Origin: Pocillopora damicornis
Taxonomy: Eukaryota
Length of the DNA: 64,000 nt
NCBI RefSeq assembly: GCF_003704095.1
Contig: NW_020847586.1
Span: 248,001 to 312,000, forward strand
Direction of reading: 5' to 3'
This document shows positions 26,601 through 38,252 of the stretch, piece by piece (within the stretch, counting starts at the first letter, position 1; each line of letters opens with the position of its first letter). Position numbers and translations under genes: made by a program. The notes beneath the pieces were generated by a model, which had not been told where the DNA came from, ran no database searches, and saw only the letters and a list, made by a program, of their open reading frames with translations.

Positions 26601-29600
26601 AAAAAAACCAGTAATTTTTTGTTGCCACTAGATCTAATGAACTTGTAAGGCTACTAATTGCAGCCAGTTGAATCTTTGTACAGACTTCACTGTTACAATA
26701 GAACTTTACTGACCCAAACTAAATGACCTAGAAATTCTTGGCAAACTTGAACTTAGAGCTATTTCAAATTCCTCAAAGTACCCTTTAAGACAATTACTGT
26801 TAGTTTACTCAAACTCTGCTGAACTAAATTCATTCCATACACTTTCAAGTTGGTGGTCCAACCCTAAACACCCTTATATCAGAATGCATATTCTCCACAC
26901 AGTTCTCTATCCATTTCCTAAGGTGCTGACATTGAGAATTTGGTTAACAATCAAGAGCTGCTTCAGTTGTTGATTATTCCTTTATTCTCACAACCTTAGT
27001 GTTTGATTCAGGGGTGATACAGTGAGGAGAAACTAGATGCTACTCAACCCTAGGGGTTTGAGTGTTAACCCTTTCACTTCCACAAGTGACCAAGACAGAA
27101 TTTCTCCTTACAATATCAATACAATATCAAACAGGTAGGTGATGAGAATAGAGAAGAATATCAACCGTGTGATTATTGGTTGATCCAATACCAAATTCTC
27201 TGAACTAACATCATAAGAATTGTATGGCAGATAGTAAGGAGAATTACTAATCAGATCTTTGGAGTGAAATGGTTAAGCAAACAAGGTTTTAACTATTACT
27301 CAAACATAACAGGGCACTAACCACCAAATAGACATAATTGCTCATTTTATTTATAAGAACTTAATGTTTTGTATAACATGTATACCTCAAGACAGTCGTT
27401 CTTTTTATGAGTCATGGCTCCACAGTTTTGACAGGCTCCCTTTCTGAACTTGGTAGCTGCTGGTATCTAGGAAAATTTGAATAATGCTAACTTTTAACCA
27501 CTGTGGTCAAAATTGAATTGATTTCTACATCTTAAAAAGGTTAATGGCACTTACTACATCAGTCCCTCTTTTGTACCACTCAGTTATCCCTGAAAATTGC
27601 TTTTGCTTTTCCTCTTGTGGTCGTTGATGCTTTAAGGTTGGTCTAAAATGAAAATACAGCAAATTAATTACTGTAATTCACTAAAAACAAAGGATGTTTG
27701 CCTAAAATATTGGTCAATTTTTAAATTAAAGAAAATTGGCTAAGCTGAATAGCTATAAATGTTTCAGTGAAGAAAATAAAACCCTCAAAAAGTTGCCTTG
27801 CTCCTAAAGTGTGGTTTTGAGGTGCTTTTTTTGTAGTAGTTCCCAACTAGAATCTGAGAGTGCTAGGGGTTTAAATCTCATCAAAGCCTGACTTTTTCTA
27901 AGCCTCTTTTCTTACATCAAAGTCCACCTGCCAGGATCATCTCTTTGCTTAATTTTCATCTGCAGGTCAAATTAAATTTACTTCATTAAGTAATGAAATA
28001 AAAAGAATTGTTCAAAATAGTCAAACCTCAAGTGTCATACTCACACTAGAAATGAAAAAACAATTTACAAGTAGAGGCCAAAGAGTATGAAAATTTTAAA
28101 AATATAACAATTACCTAAGCTAACTAAACACTGTGTATCCTGGGAGAATTAAAGAAAATTAATCAATCTTAGTCCTTACCTTGAAGTGCCATAATACCAA
28201 GGAGCTTGTGAGATATACTGTGGAATATGAGGATTGATATCCCTAAAAGAGCAAGCAAATATAAAATTTAACTCCCCCCTATTAACCGAGTTTGAGATCC
28301 ATGCTGTAAGTTATGGACCAAGTTTTTTCCACTTGGATTCATAGCTCCATGTGCAAGGTGTAAGGGCTATAAATCTGAGTGGAAAATACATGGTTTTGTA
28401 ACTTAAAATAGAGTTCAAGAAATTCAGGTTTCTATGAAGTTTACTATCTTTGGCTTCGAATAGAGGGGGAAGATTTCAATTCAAACACACTTTTAATCCT
28501 TTAACTTCCCAGATCTGATTGTTAATTCTCTCCCCTAGCTCCTACACATTTATTTGTAAATTGGTTAAGAGAATTTGGTGCTCGGAATCAAGATAATATC
28601 TTGTACCTGATAAGTTTGAGTATTCTCACTAACTATTTTCTGGATAATGTATAGATGCAATAGGGAGAAGTCACATGTTGATCCCTTCTGAGAGTTAAAG
28701 GGTTAAATAGAGCATGCTATAGAGTGAAATACAAGTAAGGCCTACTAAATTGACCAATTGTAAGCCATGTATGTTCTAATTGAGAGATGTAATCCATTAT
28801 CAGAGTAGTGAAAACAAGAATACCCTGAATTAGAAAGTAACAAAAAATGGAGCAAATATGGAATACAATGCCACAGAGGTCCATCTTTTCAGAAGTCCTT
28901 CATGGGAAATACCTGCATAGCTGGCCTAACAGCATTACAAGGTAATATTCGTATTGTGAATTGCATAATACCAATGCAATTGTTTGGAGTCAACCATCAA
29001 GATACAGATTCCTTTCTTTTCTTGTTTTGAGAATATATCAGTCCTTGTATATCAGGTTTTGAGTGAAAAGGAACGTATAAGCATAATGGGATCAATATCA
29101 GTATCTGGGCAACTGCCCACCTACCCCTCCCCTAACTCAACAACAGTCACTTGATAACAACTTAGGGTTAATGTTGGGTTAGGGGAGGGGTGGGTGGGCA
29201 GTTTCCCAGATACTGATATTGATCCCTATAACGTAGGTGAAATGTGAAGGTTCAAATTAAGCTGTGTACTGACGTACGTACACAATTGTTGATCATGAAA
29301 AGCTCTCGTATCGTTTCTATTAAACCACAGATTCATGGATTGTGTAAGTTATCAATTATAACTTCCATACTATTCTAACCTTAAAAATGAAACGAAAGTA
29401 CAGTCATTCGAATCGTAAATCTGCACACATTTGTTCCTCCAGATATATCATTTCCATGGACATATCAAAGGATTTGCAAGTTACCAAAATACAACAATTA
29501 ATAAAGATAACTTACTTTCCTTCTTCGTCCGTCAATGCTGGTGCCGTACCAGCCTTTCTTGCTTCCTCTAACTCTTTTTCCTTACGCCAATCTAGCCGAC

Positions 29601-29634
29601 TCTTTTTCTGTCCATCTTCGGTTTTAGCCGCCAT
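20694..29634 (-). CDS. SLU7: Pre-mRNA splicing factor SLU7
   Basis: About 19 short exons. First exon 29516-29634 (MAAK...[14 protein letters not shown]); 28180-28242 ([16 protein letters not shown]); ~27386-27466 (zinc knuckle [21 protein letters not shown]); ~26489-26590 (RPRRVGAKF...DYDGKRDR); ~24376-24422 ([13 protein letters not shown]); ~23978-24075 ([23 protein letters not shown]); ~23291-23429 (VFAWEA...HLQADPT); ~22350-22456 (SVWGSYW...WGYACCHS); last exon ends [11 protein letters not shown] at 20694-20696. Confidence 0.97.
23685..23885. mobile_element. Degenerate TTAA MITE (subfamily C, i.e. A-like in reverse orientation)
   Basis: AACCTTTAACTCCCATAAGTGACTAAGAGCGAATTTCTCC...GAATTACTAAT, matching 27065-27276. 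Confidence 0.7.
25641..25885 (+). mobile_element. tRNA-derived SINE with a CORE-like central domain
   Basis: A-box-like TAGCCTCATCGTTAG and B-box GGTTCAAGCC, followed by TGTGTTCTTAGGCAAGACACT...CAGGTGTACAAATGGG, resembling the MIR/CORE central sequence. Confidence 0.7.
26129..26179. repeat. 51-bp near-perfect inverted repeat in a SLU7 intron
   Basis: TCAGCAACAACCCTAAACAT-GCCTTTAAGGG-ATGTTTAGGGTTGTTGCTGA, with perfect 20-bp arms. Confidence 0.85.
26858..27276. mobile_element. Two abutting TTAA MITEs (B then C) sharing the TTAA at 27065-27068
   Basis: The B copy ends ...GGGGTTTGAGTGTTAA. The C copy starts TTAACCCTTTCACTTCC and ends GGAGTGAAATGGTTAA. Confidence 0.8.
28493..28706. mobile_element. 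TTAA MITE (subfamily A)
   Basis: TTAATCCTTTAACTTCCCAGATCTG...GAGAGTTAAAGGGTTAA. Confidence 0.85.
29089..29225. mobile_element. Palindromic ~137-bp MITE
   Basis: GGATCAATATCAGTATCTGGGCAACTGCCCACCTACCCCTCCCCTAAC...GTTAGGGGAGGGGTGGGTGGGCAGTTTCCCAGATACTGATATTGATCC; near-perfect arms of about 50 bp. Confidence 0.85.
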
Positions 29635-29959
29635 CTTGTTTCTGTCCCCAAGATGCTTTTCGAGACTCGTAGAATAGTACTAAAGGCAACGTCACTTCCT
29701 ATTTCGAATTTAGTAAGAGAAGGGTGGTACGATTTATGTATTTCATGAAACTTTATTTTGACGCTTGAGATTAAGAAGAATCTTGACTTAAAGAACTTTT
29801 AAAGATAAAAATGATAAATAATTTATTCAAACTACAAAAAGAAAAACAAATCTAAATTTACTTTACAGTAGATAAAAGCCCTCTTACCCCACTCTAGAAG
29901 TAAATATTCGTGTCTCACTAAAGCGAGACTGCAGCATAACGCTACAGAAGACTTTAGTA
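29627..29959. promoter_or_regulatory. Compact bidirectional promoter SLU7 / LMAN2
   Basis: Start codons lie only 325 bp apart, head to head. A YY1-type GCCGCCATCTTG overlaps the SLU7 ATG. CGTCACTTCC (CRE half-site/ETS-like) at about 29690-29699. Confidence 0.65.
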
Positions 29960-32900
29960 ATGGAGTACTTGAGCACTTACCTCGCGGTATTTCTCCTGTT
30001 TCTTTCGAAAGTTTTAGCTGAAGGCGAAACGAAAGGATACCTTCGTAGAGAGCATTCCGTTTTAAAAGGTGAGTTTGACATGGCGTTGGTTAATTGTGCT
30101 CCAAATCCTTTGTTGGAATGTGACTTTTACACTCTCAAAGAAACTTTCGTGAAAGATTTGATGAGTTCGCGTTTCTCGATTCTATTTCCTGTCGATGTAA
30201 ACTTCGTTCTCTAAGAGTTCGATCTTTTTCATATGAAGAATTTTTCTTCATTTATTCGTTCCAAAGCCTAATTTGACATCCTCAGTTAATGAAAATGTAA
30301 CGGGTTTCAATATAGTTATTTTAAAATCAGGAACTGCAAATATTCAATCAGTGCCAATGTCTCATGTGACGTGCATGTGAAGACCTCTACAGAGAGATTT
30401 TTTTTTCCCAAGCTTCTTGCTTTCCTCCCAACTGGTTGTTGTGCCTATCCCTTCTAAAATTTTTGTTACAGAAAGATGAATCGTAGGTCATTTCATCGTT
30501 CATAAATGATTAATTATCCTTAAAGCGAACTTTAGAGTTTTCCTTTCTTACTTAATAAGTTACCATTATGATAACTACTACTATTTCACCCAAGAGAATC
30601 GTGCCACCATACTAGAGATTTTTCAGCGAAAATAGAACTCAATAAATTTGTTTTTGTGTTGACAATCCTCTATGATTTCTTAAAGTATTTTATTAATTAC
30701 CATTCTTTTATGATAATATGAATTAAAAAATTGTACATTAATATTTTAGAGCTCATGTGTAAAATATTGCAATTACATAACAGAAATATACCTTAACCAT
30801 GATTCTTTGAGAACAAGAGTTCTTTTGATTTTCTCCCTGAAAAAATTTTTTGAATGCCCTCACAATTTGATCATTCAGATTATGCAGGCAAAAACAAATT
30901 TTTGTTTTTCAAATCCCCAGTTATAACAAAACGTGTTGGTTTACTTGTGGAATAGGTATTACATTCGTTTTTTGATGAAAATTGTTCTGCAAAAGTGTGG
31001 GAAGAGGGAGAGTGGGGAAGAGTTATGGAAAGGGAACACTATGATGCATCTGTTGAGTTTCTTTAATTTTGAAAGAGCTCATTACAGGTTATGAAGATGA
31101 GTGGCTAACTCTCTTGTATTATTTTTCTCACTCCCAAGATCTGATTGTTAATTCTTTCCTTTTGTTGATAAATATTTCCCTGTAAAATTAGTTTCGATAA
31201 TTTGTTGTTAGATTAGGATAAATTCTACATGTACCTGATAATTGTGAGTATTCTCATTACCATTTTGTTGGATCGTGTATGCATATTATAGGGAGAAGTT
31301 ACATGTTCATCACTTAGAAGGCTTAAAATGGATTGTAAAAAGGCTCTAACATTTACGGGATCGGTACCAAAATTTCTTGATCTCAGAAGACATTGTGGTC
31401 AGTTGTTCATGATTTGCATGCAGATGTTTTTATTAGACAAATTCAAATAAACTGGTTTATGGAATGACAAGAAACTAATTTAATGATTATGACAATAATT
31501 TCTCCAGGGGCTGGTCCTTCTATTCCTTATTGGGATTTCCTTGGAAGTACATTTATTTCCAGCAGCTACATTAGATTAACACCTGACCATCAGAGTAAGA
31601 AAGGGGGTTTGTGGAATAATGTGGTAAGTTGATGGAATTTACTATTACAGTACATGTACTTGTGCTTATAGTTTCATTTCTGGTGATAGCTATTGTAATT
31701 CACCACTCGATAAAAGCTTGATTGAGTCAAAGTATCCACATTTAAGTTTTGTGTTCTGCATTCTCCTTGTTAAATTTGGCACATTTTGTGGAAATGGAAA
31801 CCTGTTGATCCCTTCTAACCCTCATTAGCAAGATTTGCCGATTACTATTACATGGCTTTCCTAAAATGTTAGTTAAAATGGGTATGATTAATTGTTTATA
31901 GTGTTCCAATACCCTCCAAAAATTGTTAAAAACACCTCTAACTGGTTTGTGTTGATAAAACTGAATTAATAAAAATCTGATATAGTTTTGAAACTTGTGT
32001 TTCTTACCAGCCATGTCATGTCAAAGACTGGGAAATGTTAATTCATTTTAAAGTACATGGAGTTGGTGACACATTATTTGGAGATGGATTTGCATTTTGG
32101 TATTCCAAAGACAGGATGCAAGAAGGTATTGACTTAATCTATTGAATTTTATAATTAAGTATTAATTTATATAAATTAAAGCACATGATAAGTACAGACA
32201 AACTCCCAAAGTCCTTCACTTTCAGCAATTGTCTTATTTGTCACCTTTGCTTTTCTTCTTCTCAGGTGATGTATTTGGTAGCAAGGATTATTTTTATGGT
32301 CTTGGAGTATTCTTTGACACCTACAGTAACCACAATGGTGAACACCAGGTGGGTGTACTTTTTCCTGTGATCAAGTCATTTTGGCAGCTCTCTGTCCATT
32401 GTGTTGTGAAACATTTTGCACCCCTTTTGATGATCTCCACTTCCTGATCTGTGAATTATGCATAATCTATTGAATAGCATGATCACCCTTACATTTCTGT
32501 AATGGTTGGAAATGGATCTCTTCACTACGATCACGATCGAGATGGAACACATAGTCAAGTGGCTGGCTGCTCAGTAAGTACATGTACATAGAGAAACCTC
32601 CAGCATTGTTACTTTTTTTCTTGATATGGTTTGAAGCCAGTAGTTATATGTGATTGTGTAGTCTGATCATCAGTGAGAATAGTCCAGAATAGAACTGTTG
32701 TCAGTTATAGGTAGTAACATTCCTAGCTTGTTCCAGGCAGTAAGTTTATGTAAACAAGCAAAAAATTGGGGCGAGTGGGAAAAAGAACAAAGGGGGAGGA
32801 GAACAGGTAGTTTAGTGGCAACAACTGATTTGAAAACTTAAATTGGTCACCGCAAAGAGTTTAAAGGCTGACATTTTGAGCATTAGCCCTTTGTCAGAGC

Positions 32901-35674
32901 AAGGAGGGAGGAGGTTTCACTTGCTTGTGTTTTCACCATTTTCCGCCAACTGTGAACCTGGTGTGGGATAGATGTGTTGGCGACTTAAACAGAAGTCTAG
33001 ATCAGTTTAGTGAAAATAAGGGATGTATAATTGTTATTGTTGATTTGTTAAAAATGGCACCATCATGCAATAAATAAATGGGTTTAAAAATATGTGAGCT
33101 TCTTTGGAACTTATGTATCTATGATGAAGTTTAGGTTATTAAAGTTTATGTGTATAACTTGTATGTTGTGTATCCTGTTTGTTACACTGAGGTAAAGCAC
33201 TGATAGATTGGAGTGCCTAGTGTACTCACACTACAATGTATTTTTTCATATTGCAGCAAAGTTTTCGTGGAAGAGGTCATGATACCTATGCACTGATCCG
33301 TTATTCTGGAACACAGAATCGTCTGACAGTAAGTTGACAATTATGTGACAAACCCTTGATAAACACTTTGGATCAATGTCAGTATCCTTGCACACCTACC
33401 CTCCCCTCCCCTGACCCAACATTAAGTTGTTATCAGTTGACTTTTGTTGAGTCAGTGGAGGGGTAGGTGTGCAGTTTCTCAGATAATGACATTGATCCAA
33501 CCACAATTTGATCTTGAAAGGTCAGACCCTAATTCTCTTGAGAGGGGTGGGAGGGGGAGGGGGCACTCACCCTATGCTTCTTAGTTGGCCATTTATACTT
33601 AGGGTATATCCTTGGATTGGAATTTACGAATTGCCCTTGAAGTCATAATATTATGCATTTGAACTATTTCAAAGTATGACAGTTATTTTCCTGAGAGGTC
33701 CACAACACGACTGACAGCAGCATGAAGCCCAATTTACCTGATGAATGTGTAACTCCACTGTTGTCGTGCTATCTAATGGCAACAATTAGAGCTGTAAGAA
33801 AAGGCCAGCTTTCACCAGCAAGCTACTCTGTCTTCTCAGTACTGTGCAATGCTCAAGTGCCTGGTAAAAACATTAGTGAGACCCTTAGGTTTTCTTACTT
33901 TGTATCTCACTGTAATGAAGAAGTTGGAATAATTTGAGAAAGTTTCAAGGTTCTTGGAAACCCTCTTTGCAACTTATTGGATGGGTTGTCTAAGCTTTGA
34001 CAACACTGATTAAAAGATTGAGAAAACTTAAATCAATATCTCTATCTTTTAGAAGATCTGATAATTCACTTCTGATTTTCTTTACTGAAAAACACTAGAG
34101 GGGACTCTAGAGGGAATTTTAGAATATCTTGATTAAAGAATGTTTTGGTGAAATGTGTCTCTTAAGCCTTCACCCTCCCCTCCCCCTTAAAAATTCCTCA
34201 CGGCTTTAGCAGTGTCTACCCATTTTGTCAACACAACCACCTCCTCAAAGACTTTTTGACAAACCTTAGTAATAATCAACTAGCTATGAGGACAATTTTG
34301 AATACAGTAATTCTGTTGTAATTGAATGAATAGATATTGGTGGACGTAGAGAACAAGAACGAGTGGGAGGATTGTTTAGATGTAGGTGGTGTGAAGCTGC
34401 CAACAGGATTGTATTTTGGAGCAACAGCAGCTACAGGACAACTTGCTGGTATTTATTGACATTTACATTTTATCATTGACAAAGCTAACTTAGGAGAAAA
34501 TTCATTTTGCTGAACTGCAATGAACCTAGAGTTTTTCTTTACTTACAATGCGACTTGAATATCAAGCGTCTATTTAGGGAGTCGCTAGTCTCATAATGAA
34601 CACCTATTCAACTCAGTGTGGGTGGCTAGTGGTAGGTATTTACCGAACTGCGAAGTAGATAGTCAAACCGCAGGGTAATATAGTACAAAAAATGATTTTA
34701 ACTCATTTATTTCTGCAGTAGCTGATTAGAGCGCGCCTTTAACGCTATAAAAAGGTTTATCCAATGAGCTTGAAGACGATTCACTCTCACGAAGGGCTAA
34801 CGCTCGAACGTCAGCTTCAGAAGCTCTTTTAGGCACCCAATTTCCGTGATCACCTAAGCTGATAAAACCAAATTAGCTTGAAGATTGCCAGACTCAAAAT
34901 TGATTTTTTTCCCTTAGATAACCACGACATCATATCCTTGAAGTTCTACGAAACTGAAATGCCAGTGTCGTCTGATTCTAAAGGAGCTGATGAAGATCGA
35001 GCCAAAATAGTTCCGTTTGCATCTGGTGCCGAACAATACAGAGGTAAGAAATACTTGAAATTAAAACCTTGTAAATGGAGAATATTTAGTTGTTAAAGTG
35101 CGGGTGTTGACCTACTACAAACGTGGAAACAGAATAATCCTTATTTTTCCTCTTTTTTGTTCTGTATGACCATTTTGTTGTTGATTTTTACTTGTATGTT
35201 TGTATTAATGATTGCAAATTACTACAAGCTAACGAGTACTAAAGGTCTGTCACCTTCGGCGTAGGCTCGTTTTACGCTTACCATCGCGCGAGCGTCACGC
35301 GTGGCGCGATTATACTTCGAGATTTAATTCCTCTTTTCGTAATTATGTTTCTGTTGTCTAGCATAGTTTTGAAACTCGCTTCTAAGATAGCATTTCATAT
35401 CGTCAGTCACTGTGGCTGATTGAGACTAAATATGAACTAGAGACTGCTCAGACAGTTATCAAGTCAATACTCATAGTGCGACTCTCTGTTGTTCTTTTTC
35501 TCTCTCTTACCCTCTCAAGAACGCGTACAGGACGTGCAAGGCAGTTTTTCATCAAAGACTGTAAAGGTCTTCAGCTGGCTCTTCTGGTTTGCCCTTGTTG
35601 CCGTATGTGTCGTTGGAGTCTCTATTTACGTGTACCAGAAACGTCAAGAAGATTCCAGGAAAAGATTTTACTGA
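29960..35674 (+). CDS. LMAN2: L-type lectin cargo receptor VIP36/VIPL (LMAN2/LMAN2L)
   Basis: Exons 29960-30068 (signal peptide, REHSVLK), 31508-31623 (WDFLGST...IRLTPDHQSKKG), 32011-32125 (FGDGFAFWY), 32266-32348 (GLGVFFDTYSN), 32478-32574 (YDHDRDG), 33257-33328, 34334-34448 (LPTGLYFGATAATGQL), 34918-35043 (DNHDIIS), 35520-35674 (TM helix, tail ending RKRFY-stop). Confidence 0.96.
31129..31335. mobile_element. Degenerate TTAA MITE (subfamily A)
   Basis: CTCCCAAGATCTGATTGTTAATTC...GGGAGAAGTTACATG, internally homologous to the 3881 and 28493 copies. Confidence 0.72.
33370..33498. mobile_element. Second, more diverged copy of the GGATCAAT palindromic MITE
   Basis: GGATCAATGTCAGTATC...CACCTACCC...GGGTAGGTGTGCAG...GACATTGATCC. 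Confidence 0.8.
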
Positions 35675-36321
35675 GTGACAATGAACGCTGGTCTTGAAGT
35701 TGGACACTTAACTCAAAAGTCAAAACATTGTTCGTGCGGAGACTCAATTTCTTGATAAAGTATGGAAATTTGCCAAAGCCTTGAGGAGAAAAAAAGGAAA
35801 AGTGTGGTGTCTTATATGAGGTGCGACGGGTGTTTCACCAATTGATGGATTAAATATTTTTAAATAGCCTAATTAACCCAAAGTGCCTCGGCCAAAACGT
35901 TTCATGAATGGAATCAGAGCGTTTGCAATCGTGGATCGAAGCCTGGGCATTCATATTTTTCTCAGACCTTGTGATTGGAGTCTCAACTTTGAGTGTGGAA
36001 ATTGAAATGATCGATTAGAAAAAAAAGTAGTGAATTTGGTACAGAAAATGCACACTTATCCTTGGAAAGGAAATGTATATCCTGCGATGGAATCAAGATG
36101 ATTTATTTCATAAACTTTTCCCAATCTTGAAAACACAAAGATGTTTATTTAAACAAGTTTTATCGATAGGTCTGACAACCATTAGTAGAAAATTAGAATT
36201 TTTCTCATCGTCTGGGTGTAGAACAGAAGAAGTGATGATTTAGGCAAATCGTCAATATTTATACATAAGTACTCGCTGTTTAGAAATTATAGCTTAATCC
36301 GGGCTGCACAAGTAGATAAGT

Positions 36322-36590
36322 AGAGCATAGTTTAATTGAGTGTCGAAGTTATCTTTGTGTTGGTTTTGTTTTGTTTGCTCCAAAACTGGCGTGAGAATCT
36401 CGTTTCACCCTCTCAACCAATCAGGTGTAAGACAGAAACCAATCACGACTTAGGCGCACACGATTTCCCGCGCTTTAGGCAGTGTAAGTGAAAATACCTC
36501 TGATTGACTCTGTCTGGTATTTTCCTTTTGGACTGGACCTTCTGATTGCTTTGGCGTTAGTTTTTTTACACTCTTTAAAAACGTGCTCCA
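36322..36590. repeat. CCAATC-rich dispersed repeat with degenerate inverted ends
   Basis: AGAGCATAGTTTAATTGAGTGTC...CCAATCAG...TTTCCCGCGCTT...AAAACGTGCTC; related segments at ~22715-22845, ~42835-43095 and ~43660-43875. Confidence 0.5.
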
Positions 36591-38252
36591 TTTTTTACTC
36601 AGTTTTCCGTTAGGCTAGATACGGTATCCACTCTTTTAGGGTTAGATTAGTGTAATGAGAACTTAAAGACATTTCAGTCAGGAGCTTCTAGTTGTGTTCA
36701 ATAGCATTCGTCAAACAATCAAACCGCTTTGAATCCGCTTTTGGGGGGGGGGGGGGGTGGAGTGGTATGGGAAGTAGGGCAAATCACTATCTTCTTGATA
36801 ACCCTATGTTTGCTCTGCTTTCCCCTCCCCCCCGTCACGCAAACCAAGAGATTTACCTATTAATTTAAGTTCACGGGCGGAACTTTAAGTAAAGCACAAA
36901 TTTAAGACTGGGCCAAATATTGCCCGCAAAATCTTACCATCAAAAATGAAGTTAGAGAATGTTAGCTTTACACGGATAAAAATGGCTTTTTAGTGAATTG
37001 TTATTTCATCTAGTTTTTTGTAGTTACTGAATGTCAAATATATTGTTCCATGTCCTTGTTAGATTTGTGGAATAATTTTTTCTCTGAAATTCACCAATTC
37101 TCTATCGTAGTGAATGGCACATTTCGCTGGATGATGGTTGAAAATCTATGAAATACCGATGCTACATATTCCTGGGTTTTACCACAACTTCCCTTGAACA
37201 TAAATGACTCCCTTCCCCCCTCCCCCTCGAAAAAGAAGCGTGAGCTTTGTCTTTCGTTTCCAGTACCCTTGCATTTCTACCAGTGTGTAACACTATTGGC
37301 CCACAGAACAGGCAGGTCTGTAAAAGCATTTTGTCTAGCTATCTATGGGGTCCGAGTCGATACCGCAAAGGTTTGCAGAAAACATCATTACAAAATGAAT
37401 GCAAGAATTTCTAACTGTCAACTTGTGTTCGTGCAGCTGCCGTTGAAGGGATGAAATTTTTCATTTCCTCTTATTCCTGTATTTGAGCTTCCTGGAATAT
37501 GACATTAGGGCGAAGACCCATTGATTCGTGCTGTTTTATTTTGTGACGCAAGACATTGCGTGCATTTCTCGGAACCACGCTACCTAACTACAAAAATAGT
37601 GTTACAATTTTGTCACAGACTGATCAAAAGAAAAACCTTTGACTTGAATAAGCAGGGCGCTTGACAACGACAAACACGTCATGTTTGTAAGAACCGTCCG
37701 TGACGTTATTCCCTTAGCAACTTTGGCCCCCTAAATGATAGCCTTACTTAGCGACACGATGACGCCATTTGAATTGTTGACAGCTACCTAAAATTGCAAA
37801 GCCTGTAGCGGGTCTCCTCTCTAGAAATTATTTTGCCATTCTATAAAAATTCAGCAGTTACGTAGGCAAAACGTAACATGCCTCCACTGTACCCTAACAA
37901 CGCTTAACAAATCATGTACTCCTTCTGGTAGTTTTAACAAAATTTTTTACAACCATTTTTCATTCTGAGAGAATCTAGCCTTTAATCGCCTACTTTTCTA
38001 CGAGATCGTACTTCAAACAAGGCGATATCAACCTAACATTAAATTCATTACAACCATTACCTAAAAAGCTAAAAAAAAGTCTGAATTCGTTTCGAATTTC
38101 ACACAGTCGCACTTGACAAATCCCAGCTCTTTTGAGCAGGTTACATAAAGGTTTCCTATAGCATTTTATTTTCATGGGTCATAAAAAGAACTATATTCAA
38201 TGCATGTGCAAGCAAGTCTTCATCGTTCACTCTGCCGGTAAAATGTTACTGC

